A DNA stretch of 64,000 bases from Selaginella moellendorffii (lineage: Eukaryota; Plantae; Lycopodiophyta). The notes under the pieces were generated by a model, which saw only the letters and a program-made list of their open reading frames with translations, made no database searches and had not been told where the DNA came from. The stretch is from the NCBI RefSeq assembly GCF_000143415.4, contig NW_003314303.1:842613-906612 (forward strand), read 5' to 3'. Of the stretch, positions 23,800 through 36,193 are shown in pieces; position 1 is the first letter of the stretch; the number at the start of each line of letters is the position of its first letter. The position numbers and the translations under genes were made by a program.

Positions 23800-25650
23800 T
23801 AAGGCTTAAACACAAATTTAACTACTAGATAACACTATCTACAAATAAGTCTTCATCATCCACAATAGATTTCAGAGAGGAGAGCAACCAAAACATTGCA
23901 CCAATGGCGCTAGCTATCCACTTTCTTTATAGAACAATGAAACTCCCAGAGTTCTATCCTGGATCAAACTTGTGGTCATGTTAACCAATTTCAAGGTTAC
24001 TTGAGGTACAACCAAATAATTGAAGATGCCATTCCAAAAATTATTCTTAAGATCCTTGAAGGCAAATGCAATAGATTGGGTATCTTCCTTGCTTCTAGAT
24101 GAGTGATGATCATATTAATGATACAAGTTCTTTAAGTAGTTTAGAATGGAGAAAATTGACTAACAACTCTACATAGAGTTGTTTTCATTTTAGCAAATAG
24201 TGCAAGAGAGTGTGGTGAATACACTATCTAGTTCAAGAAGCATTGATGTGTGTGTTTGTTATAGAGGCTAATTATAAATGAGAAGCCTGTAATGTCAACA
24301 TTTGTCTAAGGACTCAAGTTTGGAGTGCAACATAAAACTTGTGAAGTATCATTTGACCACATATTAGAGGTGGAGAAATACATGCTTTTTGAGCTTGGCA
24401 TGCACCATGACATCCACTCTCATGCAGGCTTCCAAGCCCCAATGTGTGCCATTGCCCAACTAACACATGTCATTGAGAACAAAATGCTGGCAGCAATTGA
24501 GTCGGCACTCAACAAGCTAAAGGAGTACTGGGCACTTGTGTAGTAGTAGACCTAGTAGCAAGAGAAGCTTGTGGAGGAGCTACAACCACTCAAAATTCAA
24601 ACTAAAACTCAATGATATTGTTAATGATGTGAAGAATGCAAAGTTGATACACACAACATTGCAAGGTGTTAGAATCTCCATTTGGAACTTTGACCTTAAT
24701 ATGTCCAACAACAACCTTCTATGGATAATATTTTGTTAGCACCATCATCAATTGGGTACCTGCAATTATTTAACTAAAGAGCCATTAAAGGCACCACCGT
24801 CAAACGATTGTGGCAAATTCCCGATGAACACCATCTATATTGTGGGTGAGTAATAGCTAAGGTCTCCACACAAAATTAAAAGAAGTAGTAAACTACTATT
24901 GAGGAGCTAAACTTATCACTAGCCTCAACCCTAACAACTTTTTCTCCTCCATCTCTCACTACTTGCAAATTATCTTTCTTGAAGGCATTTACAGTAGCAT
25001 ATGCATCTTCACTTATATCTCAAGATTTGGCATTTACATGAACTCCAAACTTAACTAGTATGCCACTAAGAGGGGCCTCCATGATAACAAGTGGTTGCCC
25101 AAGCACTCTCATCAATCAAGTCTTAGCAACACTAATTACAACAATCATCAATGCACTTTATCACCAATTTTTGGGATTTTGGCAGCAACTTGAGACTTCA
25201 GTGAGTGGTCTCAATGGTGTGGCTTTGTCTTAAGCCCTAGACATAATTCTCATTTTAATCATCAATGCTAGAGCTGCTCTTGATCTAACATTCATTGTCT
25301 TGACAACAATTGCAAGCATCAATGTGGAGGCTTTTGTTAACTCAGGCTCCACCACCAACATCCTCTCTTTGACAATGGCTCAGCAAGTAAGTCTCTAAAT
25401 CAAAGAGTACTCAAAAGTCATATTGAAGACCTTTTTCAATCACACTATCACTTTAGTGGGGATTTGTTGTGGCACTACCTATTTAGTTCATGGCCACAAG
25501 TCTACAATCACCTTTTTTATTGTGGACTATGTTGCTTTGGGAGCATCCTCACATATGCTATCAATGATCCTCAACTGGCCATAACTAAATGCAACTCCAT
25601 GCTCCTTTGACTTGAGCATAGCCAAATGTAAATTAGATAAGGTAGTGAGC
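23800..25650 (+). mobile_element. Decayed LTR retrotransposon gag/protease remnant
   Basis: NVEAFVNSGSTTNIL at about 25321-25365 resembles a retroviral aspartic protease site (LVDSGS); surrounding sequence is CpG-depleted with broken frames. Limits approximate. Confidence 0.5.
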
Positions 25651-26802
25651 AAGTGACCATCCTCAATTTAAAGGGATAGGTTGTGGAATTCTAAATGACA
25701 CTAGTTAGACCAGAGTTTCCATTTGAGCCAGCAAGTCCCAACAGTGATACCATGTTAAAGTTTGAGATGCTAAAGTGCAACATGATCGGCCTTTTTTATA
25801 CCATCTAGATAGTCTCACCCTTTGACTATGTGACCAATCACACTTGCTCAGGCTCCAAGAAACACGAGATCTAGTCAAGATTCTATATGTTCCTCAAATA
25901 CCCAAGAAAGAGGAGGAGAGCAAAAATGCAATGGCGGCTTTGGGGAGTGACTTTTCTGCCTCAGGTTAGGGTGGGGTGACATAGTAGACACTCTACAATT
26001 TCCCTTCATGCAGCTAAAGGTGTTGGATGTAATTCTTCCTAGCTCTCACTTGCTACCTTTCATTGAGACTCATGATGCCAACTTGAGTGTGCCCTTGGGA
26101 GTAGAGGAGGCACCTCTTGAGCATATGAAGAGTCAGGACCAGCCCATAGATGAACTATGGCCACTAGACAAGATCCCTACTCTTCAACATGAGAAAGCAT
26201 TGTAAGTTCTTTCTATGATGTTGTATTTATCTTGCTTCTACAGGAAATCTTCCAAGGCACATGAACTTTATCATGTGACCTTGTGAGCTTGGATGTGAAT
26301 ACATTAGCAATGATTTAGAGACTATTTTCAATTGTGACACCTTCTCTAGACTTTCTAGAGGCCTCTTTTGGGGCTCTCAACACTCACATGGAGCAGCCAA
26401 ATAAGACACATGCATACATGAAGCTCCTATAATCACTACTTGCAAAAGGTGGTAATAGTGCCAGATTCATTCTTATAGTAGCTTGGTTTTCTTCTCCAGC
26501 TTTCCAGCACCCAAAGGTTGCACCAGCTCATTGGAATAACAAGATCCCAATCGAAGCATCACTCAATGAGATCATGGCATCTTTTGTGGCTAACACCATG
26601 GAACTTGTCCACCAAATTCATGATGACTTAGGCCACATTTTAAACTTTGGAGACACACTGTCCCAGTACACAAGAGCTCTATGTAAGCAACCAAAGGGAA
26701 CGACTTGATAAACGATCCATGGGGTTCAAATATAGAGGGAAAGGGCCCATGAACAAGAGTGCACCCCCTTTTCCAATCGGTTAAGGGTTTTGGGATATTT
26801 GG

Positions 26803-26857
26803 GGTTAAGCGTCCTTGGGTTTGAATAGTACTGGGCTGGGTGACCTCCCGGAAGTCC
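26803..26857 (+). promoter_or_regulatory. 5S rRNA-like internal Pol III promoter (A-box/IE/C-box) in 5' LTR
   Basis: GGTTAAGCGTCCTTGGGTTTGAATAGTACTGGGCTGGGTGACCTCCCGGAAGTCC aligns to the plant 5S rRNA internal control region (AGTTAAGCGTGCTTGGGCGAGAGTAGTACTAGGATGGGTGACCTCCTGGGAAGTCC, recalled). Confidence 0.88.
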
Positions 26858-26881
26858 AAACTTAGGAGTTTACATTTGGTA

Positions 26882-27152
26882 TCGGAGCGGTCTTGGGTCC
26901 GACTCTGTTGGTTGGCTAAGGGAATCGCACCACATGTTGATTGACATCTGGCTGGTCCAGTTTGCTCCTGCTGGGCTCGACCCAAGGGGTAGGGTGTCAA
27001 GAGAGCGGGGCTCTCCCGTCGGAGCGGTCTTGGGTCCGACTCTGTTGGTTGGCTAAGGGAATCGCACCACATGTTGATTGACATCTGGCTGGTCCAGTTT
27101 GCTCCCGCTGGGCTCGACCCGAGGGGTAGGGTGTCAAGAGAGCGAGGCTCTC
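26882..27152 (+). repeat. Tandem duplication (2 x 134 bp, period 137) in TRIM internal domain
   Basis: TCGGAGCGGTCTTGGGTCCGAC...GGCTCTC at 26882-27015 and 27019-27152, about 3 substitutions. Confidence 0.95.
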
Positions 27153-27337
27153 GGGAGAGCTGCGGCTCTCAGCTTCCGTTCACGAGGGCGTGAACTTGCA
27201 GGGAAGCGTGGTGGATTGTAAGCAACCAAAGGGAACGACTTGAGAAACAATCCATGGGGTTCAAATATAGAGGGAAAGGGCCCATGAACAAGAGTGCACC
27301 CCCTTTTCCAATCGGTTAAGGGTCTTGGAATATTTGG

Positions 27338-27393
27338 GGTTAAGCGTCCTTGGGTTTGAATAGTACTGGGTTGGGTGACCTCCCGAGAAGTCC
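27338..27393 (+). promoter_or_regulatory. 5S rRNA-like internal Pol III promoter in 3' LTR
   Basis: Second copy; 46/56 identical without gaps to the recalled angiosperm 5S segment. Confidence 0.88.
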
Positions 27394-28247
27394 AAACTTA
27401 GAAGTTTACACTCTAGACCTTATAACACATAGCAAAGTTCCATTCTTAGTCACTCGCAATCATCATTTGATTATTCTCAAATTCACTACAGTTGTTTTGT
27501 CCACCACTCACTACATTTGTCTAGCAAGAGCTTACAATATAAAAAGAAGTTATATGTCCAACCTTCATGAGCAAATAAGATTGATTGGCATATGATTTCA
27601 CTATATATACTAAGTTAGTTTGCTGAAGCTAATTTACCTATATTGGCTCAAAATTAAAGATTAATATAATAGATAATATCAAAAGGTTTAATATTTATCA
27701 TGGTAAGAATTTATATAAATATACAATAGAATTATAGTTGAATGACACTGAGTTCTCCTGGAAAATCTTAAATAATGCCTTACCCAATCGCAACTAATCT
27801 CATTTATTTATCAATATACATATTACATTTTATTAGATCTAAACAATTGTATCAAAATTATTTATCATTGAGCTAAAGTCACCTTACTTTTTGCAATATA
27901 CATTACAATAATTTTATAATAGTTAATTAAAGCCAAAACATGAGCTAACTAATAACCAACATTAATCAATTAGAATGAACATCCTAATCCAGCAAAGTGC
28001 AGCTGTTTCAAAGTTTGAAATTTTAAATTTTTTATTTGAAACTACAATGTGAAATTATAATTTATAGTAAAGGTACAAAAACATTAGTATTCAAATTTAC
28101 AAAGGAGAATAATTTTGCATATTAAAGAACTCCATACATGTATGCTTTTACATATCTAAATACAGATCCCAAAGACGTGTACATTCTGGACCGCACCACA
28201 ATCTCGCATAAGCTTGCTAGGGCTCGATCGATCGATCATCTGCCGTG

Positions 28248-29193
28248 ATGGATCTCAAATGGGATCAAGGATTTTGGGGCAGCTTCGCCAAGAGAGCCAA
28301 GGAGGCACTTTATGAATCTGGCGGTGCGGCTCCATCGAGACCACAGGTAAAGCCAATTCGCAAAGATCTTTCTAAATTCTATTGTGATCCGAGGCAGGAC
28401 GAGCAATCCTCTACCCCGCAAGCGCAAGCTCCTGGTTTGCAAAAAGGGTTTGACGTGATCGCTACTTCACTGTCGCGGATCGGTGATACGCTTGGAAACG
28501 CTATAGAGGTATGCGTAGTGGAATCGAGGTAGAAAAGATTAAATTTGTGACACAGGGAAGCTTGAATGTTCTCGCTCCAGAACCGAAGCACAACGTTAAG
28601 TCAAAGACCGCATTGCTCAAAGAGGAAGCGGAGATCGTCCTCACAAAACCGAATGTGGACGATCAAACTCAACTCAAAGCTTCTCGGGACGTAAGCCCAT
28701 CACCTCTTTTCTTTCGAGCTACTCTCCAAATCTTTCTCGACCCAGGTTGCGATGGCGATGGCATCCAAAGTAAAGCTCCTCGTCCGCGAGCTCAAGACCG
28801 TGAAGAAGAACCTCGCGGATATGAGAGATCGATGCTCGCAGCTCGAGCAAGAGAACCAGCGCCTTCGGGACAGTGTGGAGAAGGGCCCAAGGAGCGAAGA
28901 CGACGATTTGGTACGTAAGATCAATCGCTCTAGACTAGATCACTTGAAACAGAGCTTTCTTCTCTTTGATCATCGCTTGGAGAACTTACATGCTGCTTCT
29001 TTCCCAGGTGAGAAAGCAGCTCGAGACGCTTGTCGCCGAGAAATCGCGACTCTCCCAGCAAAACGCAAACTACGCTCGAGAGAACCAATTCTTGCACGAA
29101 GTGATCGAATACCATCGATTGACAATGGAAGATGTGAGCTTGCTGGACGAGAGAATCGAAGAAATGGCCGAGACAATGCAAGAAAATGGATGA
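28248..29193 (+). CDS. Conserved plant coiled-coil protein of unknown function, 4 exons
   Basis: [59 protein letters not shown]...[19 protein letters not shown] match a land-plant uncharacterised family. Confidence 0.85.
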
Positions 29194-29465
29194 TATGAAT
29201 GATACACAGTGTCCATATCCATTCCTTGTGTGTAAAATTCTCCTACCAAAAGTTTTTATTTGCTAGCATATTCGCTGTTGGGATTCCCTTCCTTCCTCGA
29301 AGAAGACGTCGTCTACCTGATGGGGTGCGTGTAATGTTTTTTTTCTAGGTAAGGGAGCGCTAGGGTTTGTGGCGAGAGAGGAAGCACCAAGGCGCTGGAT
29401 CGGCGCTGCGGCACAGACGGTATGACATTCTAGTCCATCAGGCAGTGCTATCGATCGAGGCGACC

Positions 29466-31160
29466 ATGGAGAGCAGTAATCCGGCACCATCGCTCTCCTC
29501 TTCGTCGCACGCCCAGCTCCCGGCCAGGATTTCTAGCCTTCTCCCCGCCTCGTTCTCCAGGATTTCGAGCTTACTAGAGGTCTCGGGGCTGCTGAGAGGC
29601 GCTCCACAGGAACTAGGCCCTATGAACAGGGACAGGGACGAGAGTGGCGGAGCAGAGGTGTCGATCAGGATAATTGCCGACTCTGGGTCGCCGAGGGAGA
29701 GTGGCTCGGGGCGCCCGCGGGCGGCCGATTCGATTGTCCAGGACGAGCAGAGTGGTTCCGATAGAGAGCTGGAAACCGAGGAGTCCACCACAATTGCTAC
29801 CGCTGCTGGCGATCGTGAGGCCGTGAGGTATGATTTCCAGCACCTAGCTAAATGGGTCGAGCAGATCCTCCCATTCTCGATTTTGTTGCTCGTGGTCTTC
29901 ATACGCCAGCATCTCCAAGGTCTTTTTCTTGTTTTTCCTTCGTTTCTTCGCTCTCCATTTCTAACTTTGTGGCTTTCTTTGTGTTGAAGGTTTCCTTGTG
30001 ACGCTTTGGATATCAGCTATTATGATCAAAGCGAATAGTCTTCTTCGTAAGCAGACGTCTCTAAGAGTAAGTGACTACCATTTTTCTTCTCCTCCAGCCC
30101 CCAGTTTGATGATATCTTTTTCTTCTTCTTCTTTCAGGGAGAGCGAAAAACGTACATTCTAGTGGTCCTTGCCGCATTTCTCATCCAACATGTCGAGGGT
30201 ATATACTGGTGGTATCGTGCCGACGCTCTTTGGCGACCACTTGTTCTCCTCCCTCCGAAAGACATCCCAAACTTTGCGGACGCGTTTTTCAATATTGTTT
30301 TGAATGGCAAGCAAATCCTATGACACTCTCTATCATTGCTGATCTCATACTTTATATTGTTTCTTTCTCAGATACGATGGTCCGGTTGTCTGCCATGGCA
30401 TTCAAGTGCGGTGTTCTTATATACTACAAGAAAGGCCGAGGACGTAACTATCGATGGCAGGTTAGTTTCTTCAATTAGTTTCGTCATGTCAATCGTGATT
30501 GTGTATCTCGATGCAGGGCCAAATATTGACTCTCACCGAGTATGTTGTTCTACTTTATCGAACTGTAATACCAGGACCAGTCTGGTACCGCTTCTTTTTA
30601 AACAAAGAGTATGGGAGCCTGTTTTCATCGCTGACAACAGGATTATACCTCACCTTCAAAGTCACATCGGTCCTTGAGAAGGCAAGTTTTATGCCTCCCA
30701 GTTTTCACTGCCTCTAAACTTTGTAAAAACCACACAGGTGCAAAAGTTCGCTACGGCAGTGAGATCGATTCTTCGCAGGGAAGTCCAATACGGTACATAT
30801 GCAACGCATGAAGAGGTGAAGCCAATTAACTCGGGCTATAGTATTTCGAGTGACAATTGTGCACGATGGATGTTCCAGGTGCTCGCGGTAGGAGATCTGT
30901 GCGCTATATGCCAGGAAAAGATGCACGCCCCGATATCCTTGCTGTGCAAGCACGTCTTTTGCGAGGATTGCGTCTCCGAGTGGTACGTTTCATCAAATCT
31001 TCTGTGCAAGGGAGAGAATTTTCACGCGAGTTTTTCTTCGTTTTTGCTACACAGGTTTGAGAGGGAGCGAACTTGTCCATTATGTCGATCGGTTGTGAAG
31101 TCGTCGGAGCTAAGATCTTTTGGCGATGGCTCCACGAGTCTCTTTGTACAGCTCTTTTAA
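29466..31160 (+). CDS. RING finger and transmembrane domain protein (RNFT1/2-like E3 ligase), about 8 exons
   Basis: [52 protein letters not shown]3HC4 [49 protein letters not shown]. Confidence 0.92.
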
Positions 31161-31487
31161 AGAGAGAAGGGGCCAGCCAGTAAACAAGATTTTCGTCCAC
31201 ACTCTTTTAGTTTAGTTTGTTAACCATGCGGTGACGTGGTGTCCGATGTGGAAAAGCCCTAACCATCTCATCCACGGGCGGCCACGTCATCGCAGCTCTG
31301 CCTCTTGGCATTCCGTTGCTCCAATGGTGGTGCTATAATGTTTTTTTCCTCTTCTTCTTCTTCTTCGCGCACAGAGGCCTTCTTTAAAGCGGGGGCGATG
31401 ATCCGGCAGCGCGAGTGATCGATCCACCAAAATCAATCCTTTTGCTCGATCGATCGCTCATCGATCGATCGCGGGCGCGCAGCAGCA

Positions 31488-32003
31488 ATGTCGTTCGCCA
31501 ATGCGCTGGCGCTGGACACGAGCGACCGCGAGCAGCTGTCGGCGCGCGGGCTGGATCAATCCGGGGTGGCCGTGGCCCTGGCCAAGCCCATCAAGGCGAT
31601 GCGCCTGATCGACTCGCAGCGGTCGCTGGACGAGAAGGCGCTGAGCGATCTCATCTCCTCGCCCCGCCCGGCGCCGCGGCCGCTGGAGACGGTCAAGAGC
31701 TCCGAGTGCCTCGAGGCGCTGGCGTCGCCCAGCTTGCGGATGATCGCGGGGCCAGCCAGCGCCGCCACGCCGCGATCGCCACTCCATCCCTACGAACCCA
31801 ATCCCATGATCGCCGAGGCCTGGGACTCTCTCAGGAAATCGCTGGTTTACTTCCGGGGCAAGCCGGTTGGGACCATCGCCGCGCTCGATCCAAACGAAGA
31901 AGCTCTCAACTACAACCAGGTATCGAGTTCTTTCCATAGAGTTTCTTTGCATTCCTCTTTCTTGCTTTGTTTTCTTCAAGCGTTTTCTTTTTCATCTTCC
32001 TCA

Positions 32004-32034
<31 letters not shown>

Positions 32035-33583
32035 CATATGGATCTTGACACAAAGTCTTGCGTTCCATGGCCAGGTATTCGTGCGCGACTTTGTTCCCAG
32101 CGCGCTGGCCTTCCTCATGAACGGCGAGGCGGAGGTGGTGAAGAACTTCTTGCTCAAAGCGCTGCGCCTCCAGGCGTGGGAGAAGCGCGTGGACTGCTTC
32201 ACGCTGGGCGAGGGCGTCATGCCCGCCAGCTTCAAGGTGATGCAAGATCCAGTGCGCGGCACCGAGACGATGCTGGCCGACTTTGGCGAGGCCGCCATCG
32301 GGCGCGTCGCCCCCGTCGACTCGGGCTTCTGGTGGATCATCCTCCTCCGCGCCTACACCAAATCCACGGGCGACTTCACGCTCGCCGAGATGCCCGACTG
32401 CCAGAGGGGGATGCGACTCATCCTCTCCCTCTGCCTCGCCGAGGGATTCGACACATTCCCCACGCTCCTCTGCGCCGATGGCTGCTGCATGATCGATCGG
32501 AGAATGGTAAACACGATCAAAGAACTTTTAAAACTCTCCATCTTGCCTCTAGTTCTTCTCTCACTCTCGATGGGTCTTTCACTCACTCCCAATCTTGGGT
32601 CTGTTCGTTCTTTCTTTCTCGATTCACGACTGACGTTACCTTTGGATCTTTGCCGTTTACCAGGGAATCTATGGCTACCCGATCGAGATCCAGTCCCTCT
32701 TCTTCATGGCACTGCGCTGCGCCAAAACCCTCCTAAAACCCGAGCTCGGCGGCAAGGAGTTCATCGAGAGGATCGAGAAGCGGCTGGTGGCGCTGAGCTA
32801 CCACATCCGTACGTACTTCTGGCTCGACTTCCAGAACCTCAACAACATATACCGCTACAAGACCGAGGAGTACTCGCACACGGCCGTCAACAAGTTTAAC
32901 GTGATCCCGGACTCCATACCCGACTGGGTCTTCGACTTCATGCCCATGAAGGGTGGCTACTTCATTGGAAACGTGAGCCCCGCCAGGATGGACTTTAGAT
33001 GGTTCCTCATTGGCAATTGCGTTGCAATACTCTCGTCCATCGCCACCCCGGAGCAAGCGTCGGCAATCATGGATCTGGTCGAGGCACGCTGGGCGGATCT
33101 CGTCGGGGAGATGCCGCTCAAGATCAGCTACCCAGCCATGGATGCCGAGGAATGGGTCATTGTGACTGGCTGCGACCCCAAGAACACCCGATGGAGCTAT
33201 CACAATGGAGGAACTTGGCCAGGTATGCATTTCTTTTCCACCACCTTTTTTCAATCTTTAGAGAAACTTTGTGGTTTTGTATTGCAGTGCTGCTGTGGAT
33301 GCTCACCGCAGCTTCGATCAAAACCGGGAGGCCTCAGATCGCTCGCAGAGCGATCGAGCTTGCGGAGCCGAGGCTTTGTAAGGAAGGGTGGCCCGAATAC
33401 TACGATGGGAAGCTTGGGAGGTATGTTGGGAAGCAGGCTCGCAAGTTCCAGACGTGGTCGATCGCCGGCTACCTCGTCGCCAAGATGCTGCTAGAGGATC
33501 CATCGCACTTGGGAATGATCTCGTTAGAAGAAGACAGGAAAGGGAAGCCCGTTATCACTCGTTCTGCTTCATGGACTTGCTAA
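31488..33583 (+). CDS. CINV: Cytosolic alkaline/neutral invertase (GH100), 4 exons
   Basis: [90 protein letters not shown]. Confidence 0.96.
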
Positions 33584-33918
33584 GAAGTTCTTTTTTTCTT
33601 TCTTTTTGTTTTTACGAAGTACAAATTAATAATAGAATTGTCGCTCCAAGGGACGGGTTAGGCATTATTTGATCATTTAAAAGGTATAAGCTAATTTATT
33701 AATTGTTCCAAAGGGCAAAATGAAGAACAGGGATGATCTCGTTAGAAGAAGAAGCCCCTTATCACTCGTGAAGGTCTTTTTGTTTTCACAAAACAAATTG
33801 CATTGCTTTTTGGCAAAACTTTTGCTCCAAGAACACAGGAAGCTTTCTTTACAAGATCTTGAAAGCTTGCGTGACAAGAGTTTTTTCTGCTCGTCCAGTG
33901 GATTGATCAATCGATCCA

Positions 33919-34275
33919 TCAGTGGCGAGGCTTCTTGCTCTGGTGCTGCAGTACCCATTGCCTTGTGTAGCCGTTTACTTCCTTTTCCAATTGCTTCCTG
34001 TTGTCTTCCTCCTCTTGCTGGAGAGCCAGCGACACTGCCCGTGTGATCCGGTCGGCATGGGGTGGATCCAGGGCCACCTCGTCCTCTATGAAATGGCAGT
34101 CGGGCTTGAGAGCCCTCTTGTTGTTCGTCGCCACCCAGTGATCATAGTCCGGGTAATCGAAGCTATCGTACTGCTTGACCCGGATGCTCTTGGTAGCGTT
34201 CCTGCCCTGGTCAGCTACCATGTCGTTGATCATGCGCTGGAGATCGACATACCTGTCAACGTTCACAGCCACCAT
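33919..34275 (-). CDS. Hypothetical 118-aa intronless protein (orphan candidate)
   Basis: ATG 34275, GC3-rich coding-like composition between AT-rich flanks, TATA-like motifs 30-50 bp upstream; no family recognised. Confidence 0.5.
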   Translation of the reverse strand: MVAVNVDRYVDLQRMINDMVADQGRNATKSIRVKQYDSFDYPDYDHWVATNNKRALKPDCHFIEDEVALDPPHADRITRAVSLALQQEEEDNRKQLEKEVNGYTRQWVLQHQSKKPRH

Positions 34276-34424
34276 TGTCTTCTTGTCTTGCAAATCTGAT
34301 CTCTGTATAAAACCCTTTACCTTATACCAGTTGCTGACGAGTTAACTTAATCTAAATCATTTTGCTATTCATGGATTGCAAGATATTAAGGATCTCGAGT
34401 AATTTTCGTTTTTTAAAAGTTATT

Positions 34425-36193
34425 TTATTGCTGCCACGCCAGTGAAGAGTTCAAGCAGCTATTAGGAACAACGAGGCCTTTGTTTTGGCCAAAGGCGTTC
34501 AAGCAAAATGCCGATGGAGTGGAACCGTTTGAGAGGTTGAGAAAAACGTTCTCGAGCACTAGATTGTAGCAGGGGTTGCCCAGGCTGCACTGGAAGCGAA
34601 GAGCCACACTGCTTGCCGACGTTCCCATAATGTTGGAGTAGGAAACATTGCTGACTTTCACAGCATCCAGCTGCAAAAACAAAAACCGATCTCTTGAAGT
34701 TCCTCACAGAGACTGATAGAAGATTGGAAAAGTTTTAGTTACTTCCTCTGTGCCGCAGGAGAAGGAGCTGTTCCCATCGCAGTAGTATTGATCGATGATA
34801 ATGGGCTGAAGGACGTTCATCATCACAACGTTGTAATAGCTGAAGTTGCTCGCAAATCCTTGGCCACCCTGTAACATATCAAATGTTTGGAGTTTTCATA
34901 GAATCAAGATGAAGATTTGGACCTGCCATGTTTTGATCCTGAGTCCATACTTGGTGCTCTCCAAAATCGAATTCTCAACCTTGACATTGGACACAAACTC
35001 TGGTGTCTTGTTCCTTCCAAGGCTCCCTATACTAGCTTGAAATAAAACGAAAAGAAAAACTCGTTTAAAATTTTCATAACTTCCACAAAAGAATTACCTG
35101 ATTCCATGGCCCGGCCCACAAATTATTTCGCGTATGACAACGTTGGAGGTGTTCTTTGCTATAGATATACAGTCATCACCTGAAAAAAATAAAAAGGGAT
35201 TCGTCGTTTAAAAACTATGATAGAAAAAGTTCTACCAGTTCCAATTATGCATTTCTCGATAGAAACGTTGTTGCTCATGTGTAAGTGTATGCCGTCGGTG
35301 TTGGGGCTGTCGTGGGGAGCGAGGATTTCCACCCCTTTAATGCTCACATTAGAGCTTTCCTCGATCGCCAAATGCATTTGGGGGCTGTTTACAAACTTGA
35401 GATCCTGAATTGTGATGTTCGCCGAAGCTCTGATTGACAATGCCTGTAAAATGGTTTAGTTTGAGTCAGCCGCCACGCAAGTGTAAGAATCAAGAACTTA
35501 GCTGTGGGATGTTTCTGGCACGCCTGAAAAGAGAAACGAAAAAAAAGCACAATCGAAAGTTAGAAACGAATATAATCTGTACGAAGAATCACTCACATAC
35601 GAACTGTTACGTCTACACGAAATTCTCCACCACTCTTCGCCTTGCCCGTCGATTATACCGTAGCCTTCGACGCTAAAGTCGTAAACTCTGGCTATGGAAA
35701 TCCATGTTGTGATGTTGCTCCAGTGGATCATATCCCGGGTGTCCGCTAAAACAATACCATCAATCTATCTAGGTGGAAAACAATGGCACAAAGATAATCT
35801 ACGTACATAGAGTATATATTATCACGCACCTTGAGTCTCAAGTTCGTCGCGCATGGCCCAGTGAGAAGCAAATAATTTACAACAAAAGCTTTTCCACCGG
35901 GCACAAGCATGGTGGCGTTTTCCGTGTGACAAGCACGTTTCCAGGCCGCGAGAAAAGCCTGAAAGAAACGATATAAGCATGTAGTGTTCTATAAACAATA
36001 TCTAGGAAACAGGGAAAGCTACCTGGGAGTCGTCACTAAGACCATCGCCGCGAGCTCCAAACTCCACCACATTAAACTCTCTGGGATCATAGCTTGCTCC
36101 CTCCGGCGATAGAGCTGGCGATAGCTCAGAGAGATCCGCCACTCCGCGAGCGATCATAACAGCGACAAGGAGGAGCTCCGTAAGAGCTACCAT
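34425..36193 (-). CDS. Polygalacturonase (GH28), about 9 exons
   Basis: Signal peptide, [58 protein letters not shown]. Confidence 0.95.

Larger units (their letters stand above)
26682..27410 (+). mobile_element. Complete Cassandra-type TRIM (non-autonomous LTR retrotransposon with 5S-derived LTRs)
   Basis: LTRs 26682-26874 and 27217-27410 (TGTAA...TTTACA, about 7 differences), TSD CTCTA at 26677-26681 and 27411-27415, PBS TGGTATCGGAGC 26877-26888, purine-rich tract before the 3' LTR, no coding capacity. Confidence 0.93.

Noticed and set aside
26803-27393. Functional 5S rRNA genes
   Set aside because: Only the internal 55 nt or so match; 5' and 3' ends and the T-run terminator are absent; both copies lie within LTRs.
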